Position numbers and translations under genes: made by a program
Virus record (IMG/VR): IMGVR_UViG_3300036760_000091
Coordinates: 1 to 58,355 of that record
Strand: one strand, 5' to 3'
Source of the DNA: a virus
Lineage: Duplodnaviria; Caudoviricetes
Length of the DNA: 58,355 nucleotides
Notes under the pieces: generated by a model
Seen by the model: only the letters and a program-made list of their open reading frames with translations
Told to the model about the DNA's origin: nothing
The model's database searches: none
Part shown: one piece after another, positions 37,647 through 47,044 of the stretch
Numbering within the stretch: the first letter of the stretch is position 1
Layout of the letters: each line of letters begins with the position of its first letter

Positions 37647-38240
37647 ATGCCAGTTCGTTTCGATCCTCGTACGCGACTCGTCGGGCCGTCATCGGCAGCG
37701 ATGGTTGCCAGTTGGGGCAACCGTCTGCCCATTGTGCGAACCGTGCAGCGCGGGACATTCGCGACGGCGGCTGGCACTTCAGCGACCGCTACGATTACAG
37801 CCGTAGACACCAACAACGCGGAACTGGTCCTTCTCGGAACAAGCCAAACCGACGCAAATGCGAACGCCGCCGTCATGTTTGGCCGTGCAACACTCACGAA
37901 CGGTACGACCATCACTGGGACAATTGGCTTCGCCGGCACCGTGACCTTTTCGTATGAGGTCATGGAGTATTTCCCAGGATGGTTCAAGAGTGTCCAGCGC
38001 GGAACGATTGCGATCGGCGCGGCCACGAGCGCGACCGCCACCGTCACGAGCGTCAATATATTGAAGTCGCGGCTAACGTGGCAGGGCTACTCGATGACGA
38101 CAGCCGCGTCGGTGACGACTGATATTTGGGCCGTGAAGGAAGTCCTGACGAACGGCACGACGATCACTGGAAGTCGAGCTACTGGAGATGCGAATAATCC
38201 TCCGACCTTGTCGTATCAACTTTTAGAGCATTACCTATGA
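37647..38240 (+). CDS. Tail-associated protein with a two-fold internal repeat
   Basis: VQRGT...TSATATIT...LTNGTTITG...SY repeated twice. Confidence 0.7.
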   Translation: MPVRFDPRTRLVGPSSAAMVASWGNRLPIVRTVQRGTFATAAGTSATATITAVDTNNAELVLLGTSQTDANANAAVMFGRATLTNGTTITGTIGFAGTVTFSYEVMEYFPGWFKSVQRGTIAIGAATSATATVTSVNILKSRLTWQGYSMTTAASVTTDIWAVKEVLTNGTTITGSRATGDANNPPTLSYQLLEHYL

Positions 38241-38740
38241 GCAAAGATCATCGGTGGCTGGAAATCGACGCGCGCGGGATGGCGTTTCACGAGCGGTTTC
38301 TCCCGGAAGGTGTTGAACCGCCGGCTGAAGTCTTCTACTGCGACTGCAACGGCGTTGGCCGAGAGTCCTGGAATCCGCATGTGCCGCTGTCGGTCGCTCT
38401 CACACCAGAAGAGCAGGCCGTCGCCCCCTGTCAAGTGTGCGGAAAAGATAGGAACGATCTCGATCACAAGGCCGACGGCCTCGTCGGGCATACATACGTT
38501 CCACCAGTTGAGCGGGTGCAGACCGCCGACGAGTGGAAGGCGGAGCACGCGGCGGCTGAGGACGGCTGCGTCGTCAGGCGGCAGATCTTTGTCGATGTCA
38601 CTGACCTGAAAGTCCGCAAAGCGGCTCGTGGTATGGCGTACGACGAGAAGACGGCGACCTTCTCGGTGCCAGAAGGATTTGTCTTCAACGCCAACGACGG
38701 GGCGTACGTTCCGGCTCCGATAGCCTCGGCTCGCGGATGA
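38237..38740 (+). CDS. Hypothetical protein
   Basis: ATGA coupling. Confidence 0.55.
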   Translation: MSKDHRWLEIDARGMAFHERFLPEGVEPPAEVFYCDCNGVGRESWNPHVPLSVALTPEEQAVAPCQVCGKDRNDLDHKADGLVGHTYVPPVERVQTADEWKAEHAAAEDGCVVRRQIFVDVTDLKVRKAARGMAYDEKTATFSVPEGFVFNANDGAYVPAPIASARG

Positions 38741-39090
38741 TCCCAACGATGACGCCTACTGACGGCTCCCCTGCCGGCGAACCGTCGCGGGCATCAGGCC
38801 AGTGGTGGATTGAGGTCTTGCTGAAACTCACGTTGCAGCACGGCATCCCGATGGTCGTCGCGTTGATTCTTGGCGGAATCATCTTGTGGTGGTCGAACGG
38901 GGTCATCGCCTCGATGGCAAAGGAAGTCTCAGGGACGAAGATCGCCTTAGAGCAGCATCAGCAATTGATGCTGCTGGACGCGGCGTCGGCCAAGGAAGCC
39001 CGCGAACGCGAGATCCGGATTCTCGAGCTGCTGTGTCAGAGCATGGCGAAGAGTGACGCCATGCGGATCGCCTGCGGAGGCGGCAAGTAG
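38737..39090 (+). CDS. Membrane protein, putative holin/antiholin
   Basis: One TM helix plus coiled coil, directly upstream of the lysin. Confidence 0.55.
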   Translation: MIPTMTPTDGSPAGEPSRASGQWWIEVLLKLTLQHGIPMVVALILGGIILWWSNGVIASMAKEVSGTKIALEQHQQLMLLDAASAKEAREREIRILELLCQSMAKSDAMRIACGGGK

Positions 39091-39473
39091 TGTTCTTTTA
39101 TCGGCAAGGCACCGGGGAACTCTTCGACGAGGATACCCTTATCTCGACCGGCTATTCCGGGCATGGCGAAGGGAAGAACAACACGGAGATGCAGGATCGG
39201 CACGACGTCGGCCCCCTCCCGTGCGGCGTCTGGACGATGCACCGCGCCGAGCATGTCGATGCCCCAGGCCCGCACGGGCCGTTCACGCTTCGTCTGACCC
39301 CGAACGAAGGGACAGACACCTTCGGTCGAGACAGCTTCCTCTGCCACGGGGACTCAAAGGAGCACCCAGGCGACGCCTCGCTCGGCTGCATGATTCAGGC
39401 GCGCAAGATTCGGGAACGGCTCGATGCAGCGGTCGAGGCTGGCGATGACCAGTTGACGGTGACAGCGGAATGA
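39090..39473 (+). CDS. L,D-transpeptidase-fold (Tlde1/DUF2778-like) putative endolysin
   Basis: GYSG...N...VGPLPCG.W...FGRDSFLCHGD...ASLGC motif. Confidence 0.8.
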   Translation: MFFYRQGTGELFDEDTLISTGYSGHGEGKNNTEMQDRHDVGPLPCGVWTMHRAEHVDAPGPHGPFTLRLTPNEGTDTFGRDSFLCHGDSKEHPGDASLGCMIQARKIRERLDAAVEAGDDQLTVTAE

Positions 39474-39649
39474 GCAAACCACAACACCCGCCGACGATTG
39501 CCGGCGTACCGGTCGACGTGGTCTTGAAGGTGGGTGCCGCGATCATCGCGGGCGCAGTGTGGCTTGGGATTCTCGAATATCGGGTTCAGCAGCTAGAATC
39601 ACACGACACCTACTACCACGGCACCCTCAAGAAGGGACAGGAGCACTGA
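39470..39649 (+). CDS. Small membrane protein (59 aa, not in the ORF track)
   Basis: ATGA coupling; VVLKVGAAIIAGAVWLGIL. Confidence 0.55.
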   Translation: MSKPQHPPTIAGVPVDVVLKVGAAIIAGAVWLGILEYRVQQLESHDTYYHGTLKKGQEH

Positions 39650-39651
39650 AC

Positions 39652-40326
39652 ATGTTCAATCTGACAACCGAACAGACGCACGCCGTCGCGGTGCGCGCAG
39701 GCGGCGCGGTGCGCGCCTTCGCCACCCTCGCGGTCGCCTACGCGGTGCAGAAGCACTGGATTCCTGGTAGCGGGCTCCTCTCCGGCTGGCTCGGTGACCA
39801 GCTGGCCGCCGAGCTGGCGATGGCCGTGACGGCCGGCGGCATGTTCGCGTGGAGCTGGATCAACAAGAACAAAGATCGGAATCGGCTACTCGCCGCGATC
39901 GCGGCCGATCCGACCGCCGCGACGACCCTCGACACGTTTCTGAGCGACTTCAAGGCGTCGACGAAGACGCAGGCTCGCGTGACCGGCGGGACTGGACCGA
40001 TGCAACTGGTCCTCGTCCTGGTGTTGCTCGGCGCGATGACATCGTGTGTGCGAGTACATCTCCCCCGGCTGCCTGATGGCTCGCTCGACGTCCGCAGGCT
40101 GGTGACGTGGGCAAGTGACGGCGTGGAAGCCGACTGTCAGTTTCAACCCACGGCGGCGTTTTGTATCTTCGGTCGTGATGCCGTGGCGGACGCGCGCGCC
40201 GCGATGGATCGGAATCCGGCGGCGCTACAGGTCGCAGCTCGGCGGTCGCTGGTGGACAGCGCGGCGAAGTGGCCGGTGATTCAGCCGTGGGTGCAGTGGC
40301 TCGTTGACGGCCTCACCACATCGTGA
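39652..40326 (+). CDS. Holin-like N-terminus fused to a lipoprotein-like C-terminal part
   Basis: aggag RBS; two hydrophobic helices ending WSWINKNK; internal MQLVLVLVLLGAMTSC lipobox-like segment. Confidence 0.55.
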   Translation: MFNLTTEQTHAVAVRAGGAVRAFATLAVAYAVQKHWIPGSGLLSGWLGDQLAAELAMAVTAGGMFAWSWINKNKDRNRLLAAIAADPTAATTLDTFLSDFKASTKTQARVTGGTGPMQLVLVLVLLGAMTSCVRVHLPRLPDGSLDVRRLVTWASDGVEADCQFQPTAAFCIFGRDAVADARAAMDRNPAALQVAARRSLVDSAAKWPVIQPWVQWLVDGLTTS

Positions 40327-40598
40327 GACTGATCGGTGTGCTGTTGGGCCTGGTTCTTCTCGCCGCACAACAGCCAGCGCATCCAGCCGCCCTGCCGCCA
40401 GGCCAGTTCTGCCAGCATGTCGTGAAGGGGCAGACGGCCCCGGCGCATCCGTGCGCGTGTCAGCGGGAATGCGTCGACGTGGCGACGGAAGACGAGCACG
40501 GCACGCAGCGGACAGAGATCAAGATCCGCGAAGACCCAAAGTGTAAACAGGAATGCCACCAAGATCACTGCCATTGCCCGGTGCGCGGGTGTCCATGA
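40323..40598 (+). CDS. Secreted Cys-rich small protein
   Basis: Signal peptide LAA|Q and numerous Cys. Confidence 0.6.
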   Translation: MRLIGVLLGLVLLAAQQPAHPAALPPGQFCQHVVKGQTAPAHPCACQRECVDVATEDEHGTQRTEIKIREDPKCKQECHQDHCHCPVRGCP

Positions 40599-41214
40599 CG
40601 CGCCTCAGTCTTGGCGTGGCGGCGCTGGCCGTCGCCTGTGGCGCGCTACGCGCGCCAGTCCTCCAGCCGCACACCGCGCCCATTCCCCATCTCGGGATCA
40701 ACTGGGCCTATGGGCCGTTCGATCCGCAGGTGCTCAACGAACTCGCGGCGTATCACCGCCCGCTGACGATTCGCGCGGCCGTGCGGTCGCTGGCAGAAGC
40801 GACACGCATCATCGCCGACGTCTCGGGAAGAAGTATTGCAGCCAGAAGTGTCAACCCACGGTCAGTGACGAGACGCTGCGCTACGCCTCGTTGATGTTGG
40901 ACAACCTGCCGTGTGAGGCGATTTTTTCTGTGCATCTCTACGGGGATAGTAGTGATGCGATCCTCGCGCCGCTCCAACAGGCCGCAGGCTGCCATCGGAT
41001 CGCGGTGACGGAGTTCGGGATTCAGGCCAGCACGCCCACAGGCGACGTCGCCCAGCTCGCCTACCTACAGGAGAAGCTGCGTGCCTTCACGCGACTCGGC
41101 GCGATCTATGCCACGATTTACAGCTTGCCGTACGGCCCATCAGACCTTGACGCTTTCGGCCTGCGGCGGATGGATGGGACGTGGAAACCCGGCGCGCAGG
41201 TCTTCCTCGATTAA
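40595..41214 (+). pseudogene. Disrupted lipoprotein glycoside hydrolase (clan GH-A-like)
   Basis: Lipobox AVAC in one frame; SVHLYG, VTEFG and FGLRRMDGTWKP in another; break near 40830. Confidence 0.55.
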
Positions 41215-41248
41215 CTACTTGACAAGAAGACGTCCGTAGCCTTACTCT
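41215..41248 (+). promoter_or_regulatory. Sigma70-type promoter with a conserved 17-mer
   Basis: CTACTTGACAAGAAGAC; TTGACA-N18-TACTCT. Confidence 0.7.
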
Positions 41249-41275
41249 TCGCGGTGAAAGGAAGGGAAAGGTCTT

Positions 41276-41503
41276 ATGGAACGATCACCGGTTACATCCT
41301 CGTTCATCGCGGCCGTCGGGCACGATCCGGACACCAAACAGATGGAGGTTGAATTTACGAACGGGACCGTCGAGGTCCACGACGGCGTCAGCGTGGACGA
41401 TCACGCGGCGTTCGTCAGCGCGAAGAGCGTGGGGTCGCACTGGCACTCGAACTACAAGGGCAAGGGGAAGGTCCAGCCGAAGCCGGACGAGCAGGCGTTC
41501 TGA
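41276..41503 (+). CDS. KTSC domain protein
   Basis: MERSPVTSSFIAAVGHDPDTKQMEVEF...FVSAKSVGS. Confidence 0.88.
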   Translation: MERSPVTSSFIAAVGHDPDTKQMEVEFTNGTVEVHDGVSVDDHAAFVSAKSVGSHWHSNYKGKGKVQPKPDEQAF

Positions 41504-41760
41504 TGCCTGCACCGAACGCGATGGACACTCGGCCAGTCCGAAACGCCATCGTGGTCAGGGTGCTGAAGTTGCTTCGGTGGCTAGAAGAGGGTCGTCCGCT
41601 GTCACTCGAACAGATCGCTGCACGGTTCAACACTTGCCAGCGGACGGCCCGACGAGATATCGCGGTACTGGAGGAAGTCGGATGCAACATTCAGAAAGAG
41701 ATTCACCAAGACCATCTGTCGCGCGGGAACCCGGATCGTGTGAGATGGGTGATTCGGTGA
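41503..41760 (+). CDS. Winged-HTH protein (like the N-terminal HTH of WYL regulators)
   Basis: RVLKLL...LSLEQIAARFNTCQRTARRDIAVLEEVG. Confidence 0.75.
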   Translation: MPAPNAMDTRPVRNAIVVRVLKLLRWLEEGRPLSLEQIAARFNTCQRTARRDIAVLEEVGCNIQKEIHQDHLSRGNPDRVRWVIR

Positions 41761-41942
41761 GTCACTACATCCCCTACTTCACGAAGGACGGGCCGAAGGG
41801 GACGCAGGAAGCGGCCTGCACGGCCTACATTGACCCCACCCGTCACAGCGCCGAGCCATCCTGTTGGGGATGCCGAGCATGGCTGGACAACGACGCGGAG
41901 GCCCTGAAGAAGCTCCGCGCCGTCGAGAAGGGAGCGGACTGA
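41757..41942 (+). CDS. Small hypothetical protein
   Basis: GTGA coupling; CWGC. Confidence 0.45.
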   Translation: MSHYIPYFTKDGPKGTQEAACTAYIDPTRHSAEPSCWGCRAWLDNDAEALKKLRAVEKGAD

Positions 41943-42197
41943 ATGCCGCGCGGTCGGTTGTCGATTTTCGGGAGCAAGGCGGACGGAGTCCAGGTGCACG
42001 GCGTGATCTCGAAGGTTGGGAGTCATCGGTTCGAGCGCGAGCGCAAGAAGCTCGCGGCCATCTACCTCGACGTCATCGGGAAGAAGCCAGCGGTCATCAG
42101 CGATGCGGACACGGTGGAGTTTCTGGCGCGCGGTGTCGCCGAGACGCGCAGCTGTCTTCACGATCTCAAGAAAGGACTGATACATGGCAAAGACTGA
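41943..42197 (+). CDS. Hypothetical protein
   Basis: aagggag RBS. Confidence 0.55.
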   Translation: MPRGRLSIFGSKADGVQVHGVISKVGSHRFERERKKLAAIYLDVIGKKPAVISDADTVEFLARGVAETRSCLHDLKKGLIHGKD

Positions 42198-43170
42198 AGT
42201 GGTCAACAACATGCCGGCGGACACGAAGGCGGTCGGGCAGCGTCCCGACGTCGGGAAAGTGCGGCGGGGCAAGACGAAGGCCCGCCAGAAGCCGGCCGAG
42301 AAGAAGGCCGCGCCGCCGACGCCAGCGACGGCGACGATTACGGCCATCGCCCACCGCGCGGCCGTGACGCCGGAGATGTCGCTGTTCGAGCGCATCGCGG
42401 CGAACCCGAATATCAGCGTCGAGAAATTGGACGCCCTGATCTCCGCGCAGGAACGGATCAAGAAGATCAACGCGGAGACGGCGTTCAACGAGGCGTTTGC
42501 GAAGATGCAGGCTGGCCTCCCGGTCGTCATCAAGCGCGGCCTCATCAAGGTCGAGGGCAACGTCCGGAGCAAGTACGCGCGCTACGAGGACATTGTCGAG
42601 AAGATTCGGCCGGTCCTGTCGGAGCACGGGTTTTCCATTCGCCACGAGACGAAGCAGCTCGAGGGCGGGATGATCGAGATCACGGGCGTCCTGGCGCATC
42701 GGGACGGCCACTCGGTCAAGGACGTCTTCACGACAAAGGCCGATTCCGGCGGCAAGATGAACGACATCCAGCGGATCGGGTCGGCCATCTCCTACGGGAA
42801 GCGGTACACGCTTTCGTCGCTGGTCGGCATCGCCACGGCGGGCGAGGATGACGACGGCAACGCCACGGGTGCGCGGACGAGCGCGAAGGACCGGAAGCCC
42901 GCGCCGCCGGCTGCGGGGAGCGACGGGAAGGGCGAAGAGGTCATCACCGACGGCCAGCGGAAGCGGCTCTGGACGATCATCAAGAACGTCGGCCGTCCGG
43001 ACACCGAGGTCAAGATGTGGCTGCAGGTGAAGTACAACATCGAGTCCACGAAGAAGATCCCGAAGAAGCTCTACGAGGAAATCTGCAAGGCGATTGAGGC
43101 TCCTGGCGCGCTGCCGTTGCCGGAGTCGGACCAGGCGGAGGCGCGTGAACCTGGGAGCGACGACCAGTGA
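42184..43170 (+). CDS. erf: ERF family single-strand annealing protein
   Basis: YARYEDI...PVLSEHG...HRDGH...QRIGSAISYGKRYTLSSLVGI...EDDDG. Confidence 0.9.
   Translation: MAKTEVVNNMPADTKAVGQRPDVGKVRRGKTKARQKPAEKKAAPPTPATATITAIAHRAAVTPEMSLFERIAANPNISVEKLDALISAQERIKKINAETAFNEAFAKMQAGLPVVIKRGLIKVEGNVRSKYARYEDIVEKIRPVLSEHGFSIRHETKQLEGGMIEITGVLAHRDGHSVKDVFTTKADSGGKMNDIQRIGSAISYGKRYTLSSLVGIATAGEDDDGNATGARTSAKDRKPAPPAAGSDGKGEEVITDGQRKRLWTIIKNVGRPDTEVKMWLQVKYNIESTKKIPKKLYEEICKAIEAPGALPLPESDQAEAREPGSDDQ
42243..42256. promoter_or_regulatory. Palindrome TCCCGACGTCGGGA (copy 4), near the erf start
   Basis: Exact 14-bp palindrome. Confidence 0.65.
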
Positions 43171-43320
43171 GCGGCGACACGCACGTCGCGGCGAAGGTGT
43201 CGGTCAGCTACGGCCGGTCGCTGGCGATCTGCTACGTGCGGTTCCCGACGGAGAAGATCGACAACGCGAAGCCGACGTGTCCGTGGTGCCGGAAGAAGCT
43301 GGCGGAGAAGGGGTTGAGGC

Positions 43321-43734
43321 ATGGCGATCCTCCGACGTCGATCGAGTAGGCCGCTTGGGTCGAGACGGGTGAACTCGAAGGGCTATGTGACGATTAAGTC
43401 CGGCCCTGGGCGTGTCCGGTTCGAGCACATCGTCGTAGCCGAGAAGGCGCTCGGTCGACAACTACCGCGTGGTGCTGTCGTCCATCACGTCAACGACGCT
43501 AGGGACGAGAACCGGAACGACAACCTCTGCATCCTTCAAGACGACCGCGAGCACAAACGTCTCCACGCTCGACGGAAGGTGCTCCGCGCAGGCGGCGACC
43601 AGTGGCGCGACATCTGGTGCTCAGAATGCCAAGCGCCACGGCCGTCGTCGGATTTCTCGACGCACCGCCAGCCGAATCGGCGTCCTCCAAGTAATTGCCG
43701 CGAGTGCACAAACCGGCTCAGGAGGGTTGCGTGA
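43321..43734 (+). mobile_element. HNH homing endonuclease
   Basis: GYV...EHIVVAEKALGR.L...VVHHVN...NRNDNL...H. Confidence 0.85.
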
Positions 43735-44366
43735 GAGCCTCCAGCGCGGCCAAGTCGGCCAGTCCGATCTTTCGATTTGACGCAACGGAACATGTCTATT
43801 ACGACGAGTACGGAGAAGTGCTGCCGCACATCACCGGCATCCTTGAGAAAACAGGGTGGGTAGACTCGACATGGTTCTCAGAAGAGAGCAGCATCCGAGG
43901 GACGGCGGTGCACGAGCTGACCGCGCACTACGACCTGGGCGCGCTGGACGCGGCGTCCTGCGTCTCGAGCTACCGGAACTACCTGCTGTCACACGTTGCG
44001 GCGATGAGTATGATTCCTCACGAGTTCTACACGGTCGAAGAGGCGCGCGTCTCGCCGGCAGGCTTTGGCGGGCGTCCCGATCGCACGGGGGTCATCTACG
44101 GGCTGAAGGCGGTCCTCGACGGGAAGAGCGGCGTGAAGCCGTCCCCGGCGCGTCCGGCTGGCAGCGTGGCGTCAGACGACGCGACGTCGCACGGCATCCA
44201 GACGGCCTTGCAGGCGATTCTGGTCGCGCCGGACCTCGGCCTGCCGGCGGAGGCCATCGCGCGGTTCTGCCTCTACTGGAAGCCGAACGGGAAGTTCGTA
44301 CTCGAGCAGCATCGAGATCGGAGAGATTTCGCTGAGGCGTACCGCATTCTCAAGGCGTGTTGCTAA
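43731..44366 (+). CDS. PD-(D/E)XK-like exonuclease
   Basis: FDATEHVY, ITGIL, RGTAVH, FGGRPD, LDGKSG, Q motif; near erf. Confidence 0.7.
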   Translation: MRASSAAKSASPIFRFDATEHVYYDEYGEVLPHITGILEKTGWVDSTWFSEESSIRGTAVHELTAHYDLGALDAASCVSSYRNYLLSHVAAMSMIPHEFYTVEEARVSPAGFGGRPDRTGVIYGLKAVLDGKSGVKPSPARPAGSVASDDATSHGIQTALQAILVAPDLGLPAEAIARFCLYWKPNGKFVLEQHRDRRDFAEAYRILKACC

Positions 44367-44527
44367 AGGAGACATATGGCATCCTCGACCGACAACATCC
44401 CGCCGGTGACACCGCAGTCGATACACGATGCACAGATCGCTATGTGGAAGGAACGCCGGCAATGTGAGCGGGAGATGCACGTTCTGATCGACAAGGACGG
44501 TCACATAAAGATCAAGAAGGAGCGAGC

Positions 44528-44902
44528 TTGAGTATCTCGAAGTGGACGCCGGACCTGCCGTTTGGCTTCAGGGTGACGCAGAACGGCTATCCACACCAGA
44601 TGTGGGGCGGCAACGAGTACCGGCCGGACGTCGGCTGCTACACGGGCACGGGATCGATGGAGCCACCGCCGGCTCCGGTGCCGATCGAGTGCCAGTACTG
44701 CCACGGGCTGCTGCTGCGGATGGCTCCGCGCTCGGTGAACGCCCGGATCGTGCGTATCCTCCGGGAAGACACGCGCGGGCGCTACGGCCTCGAGCAGCCG
44801 ATTCCCGACACGCATGAGCCGTTGCTCTGCGTACCGTGCTTCCAGGTGTTCACGGTGCTGAAGGATGTGCTCGACACGACCGTAGGAGCGATGCAGAAGT
44901 AA
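44528..44902 (+). CDS. Hypothetical Zn-binding protein
   Basis: CQYC...CVPC; aaggag upstream of TTG. Confidence 0.55.
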   Translation: MSISKWTPDLPFGFRVTQNGYPHQMWGGNEYRPDVGCYTGTGSMEPPPAPVPIECQYCHGLLLRMAPRSVNARIVRILREDTRGRYGLEQPIPDTHEPLLCVPCFQVFTVLKDVLDTTVGAMQK

Positions 44903-45100
44903 AACAAGCGGGTGGTGCCTCCGACTAGTTCTCGGGTTGGGTCGACATAACCGGCCCATGAAGACGTGAGTAGGCCGTCAACATATCCGGGCATCTGCCG
45001 TCTGCATCGCCAACCGGAGGGTTCGCCGTCGGTGGTGGTTAACGCCGGGCACTGGAATAGGTCGGTGCCCGGCAACCCTTCGTGAAAGGATCGAATCGTC

Positions 45101-45607
45101 ATGGCGGACTGGACTCCCGGCGTCCCGCAGTTCAAACACGAGCGCGTCTCGAAGAAGGTGACGCGCTTTATTCAGCGGTCGGAGCGGAAGATCGAAGAAG
45201 ACAAGAAGAAGGGCGAAGTTCGGAAGCGCGACAAGTACTGCCGCTTTCCGCTCTGCGGCTGCAAGAAGTTCCGGCTGGCCCTTCACGTATCTCATAAGGT
45301 CCATAAAGGAATCGGGGGAAACCCGGCAGGCGATCGGTCGGTGCCGGAGCTGATGGTCTACGTTTGTGCGGCGCGGCATCGGGAGAACCCGGTGTCGATC
45401 GATCGCGGGTCGTTGCGGTGGGAGCCGCTGACCGAGGCCGGGGCGAACGGGCCGATCGCCTGGCACGTCCGCGCGCGGCCGGGCCTCGTCACCGGTCCGC
45501 AGCTGGAGTGGTTCCTCGTGGCCGTTGAGACAGCGCCGCACGTCTACGAACCGCTCAGTCCGGCGCAGAAGTCGGTCCTGACGCGGTTGGCGGAGATGAC
45601 GCTGTGA
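45101..45607 (+). CDS. Putative HNH/NinG-like nuclease
   Basis: VRKRDKYCRFPLCG...HVSHKVHKG...VCAARH. Confidence 0.45.
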   Translation: MADWTPGVPQFKHERVSKKVTRFIQRSERKIEEDKKKGEVRKRDKYCRFPLCGCKKFRLALHVSHKVHKGIGGNPAGDRSVPELMVYVCAARHRENPVSIDRGSLRWEPLTEAGANGPIAWHVRARPGLVTGPQLEWFLVAVETAPHVYEPLSPAQKSVLTRLAEMTL

Positions 45608-45912
45608 CCCGGCCGATCTGGCTCGAGAACATGGAGTGGTTGCTCGGGCAGCAGCCGGACGACTACGCCGACGAGGCCATCAGTTATCTGGCGACGTTGG
45701 AGATCTTCGGTCGGCTCGGGATGGCGTGGATTGATCGCACGCATGTCGCCTCGAACGCCGACCATGTCGAGGCGGTGCGGACGGCGCTGGCGCGGTTCGA
45801 CGCCTTTGGGGACCTGACCGTGCTCGACCCGGAGAAGTATCTCGGCCTGGTGAACGCCATCGCGTTTCAGAAACGCGCGCGCCTCCTGCTCCGGTCTATC
45901 GCTTCTACTTGA
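45604..45912 (+). CDS. Hypothetical protein
   Basis: GTGA coupling. Confidence 0.55.
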   Translation: MTRPIWLENMEWLLGQQPDDYADEAISYLATLEIFGRLGMAWIDRTHVASNADHVEAVRTALARFDAFGDLTVLDPEKYLGLVNAIAFQKRARLLLRSIAST

Positions 45913-45937
45913 CAAGAAGACAACACGCGCGTAGTCT
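45905..45937 (+). promoter_or_regulatory. Sigma70-type promoter with a conserved 17-mer
   Basis: CTACTTGACAAGAAGAC; TTGACA-N17-TAGTCT. Confidence 0.75.
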
Positions 45938-46000
45938 CAGCGCATCGGAACACGCGGACCGGAGCGGGACCTCAGGCCACGACTCTCGAAAGGATACGGC

Positions 46001-47044
46001 ATGGCGAAGAAGACGGTAGACGACGAGATCGGCCTGGCGCTCGGGGCCTCCACGGACGAACTTCAGACAGGCAGCGATGGGAAGGTGCTGATGTCCTTCC
46101 TGCGGGGCCTTGCCGGGTTCTTCACGACGGCGCGGGCGCTCGAAGAGACAGCGTCGACCAAGCTGGCGCGCGCGCAGGCGTTCCAGTTGCCGACCAACGC
46201 GGACGAGGACGTCGAATTGCAGACGTTCGTAAAGGGCGTGAACGAGGACGACAAGTCGATCGACACGCACTGGGAGATCTGCGGCGTGGCGCATCGGTTT
46301 CACCGCCGGCTGACCGAGGCGCGCGATCGGGGAAAGACGGCAAACAAGGAATCGCGTCGGCTGGCGACGAAGCTCCACAACGACTACACCGAGGCCGAGC
46401 GGCGGCGCGTGGCGGAAGAGGCGGAGCGGGAGCGGCAGGCGCGAGAAGCGGCGGCGCGCGAGGAACAGGCACGGGAAGCGGCCCGGCTGGATGCCGAGGC
46501 CCTCGAGCGCGAGCAGGCGTCTCCGGACCTGTCGGCGCGGGAAGCGCAGTTCGTGGACTACATCTACGGTCGGATGCTGCCCACGCAGGCGGCGCAGCGG
46601 TGCGGCTACAAGGACCCCGCGAAGGTCGGTGAGCGCCTTCTGGGCCTCGTCAAGATTCAGAACGCCCTTCAGGCCAAGCGGGACGCGGCGGCGCTCAGGG
46701 AGCAGGCAGAGGCCACCCGCAAGCAGCCTGTTGAGGTCCGCTCGGAGCCGGCGGCGAAGCCGGACATCAAGAAGGCCCCCGGCGCGCACGACCGGACGAC
46801 CTGGGGCGCGGAGATTCTCAGCACGGAACTGCTCGGCAAGGCCATCATCGCGTCTTTGACCGGACACGACTACGGCGGCGTCGACGCCGGCATCGTGCCG
46901 ATCGCCAACGCGATCGAGATCATCCAGGCCGGCCTGAAGTCGGACGAGGTCAAGACGCTCGTGAACAAGTGCGGGAACCAGCTGCACGAGAAGGTCGATG
47001 CGTGGCCCGGTGTTCGACATACGAAGAAGACGGGGATCGTATGA
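46001..47044 (+). CDS. Coiled-coil protein with an embedded TerS-like HTH
   Basis: E/R/A coiled coil interrupted by LSAREAQFV...TQAAQRCGY. Confidence 0.7.
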   Translation: MAKKTVDDEIGLALGASTDELQTGSDGKVLMSFLRGLAGFFTTARALEETASTKLARAQAFQLPTNADEDVELQTFVKGVNEDDKSIDTHWEICGVAHRFHRRLTEARDRGKTANKESRRLATKLHNDYTEAERRRVAEEAERERQAREAAAREEQAREAARLDAEALEREQASPDLSAREAQFVDYIYGRMLPTQAAQRCGYKDPAKVGERLLGLVKIQNALQAKRDAAALREQAEATRKQPVEVRSEPAAKPDIKKAPGAHDRTTWGAEILSTELLGKAIIASLTGHDYGGVDAGIVPIANAIEIIQAGLKSDEVKTLVNKCGNQLHEKVDAWPGVRHTKKTGIV

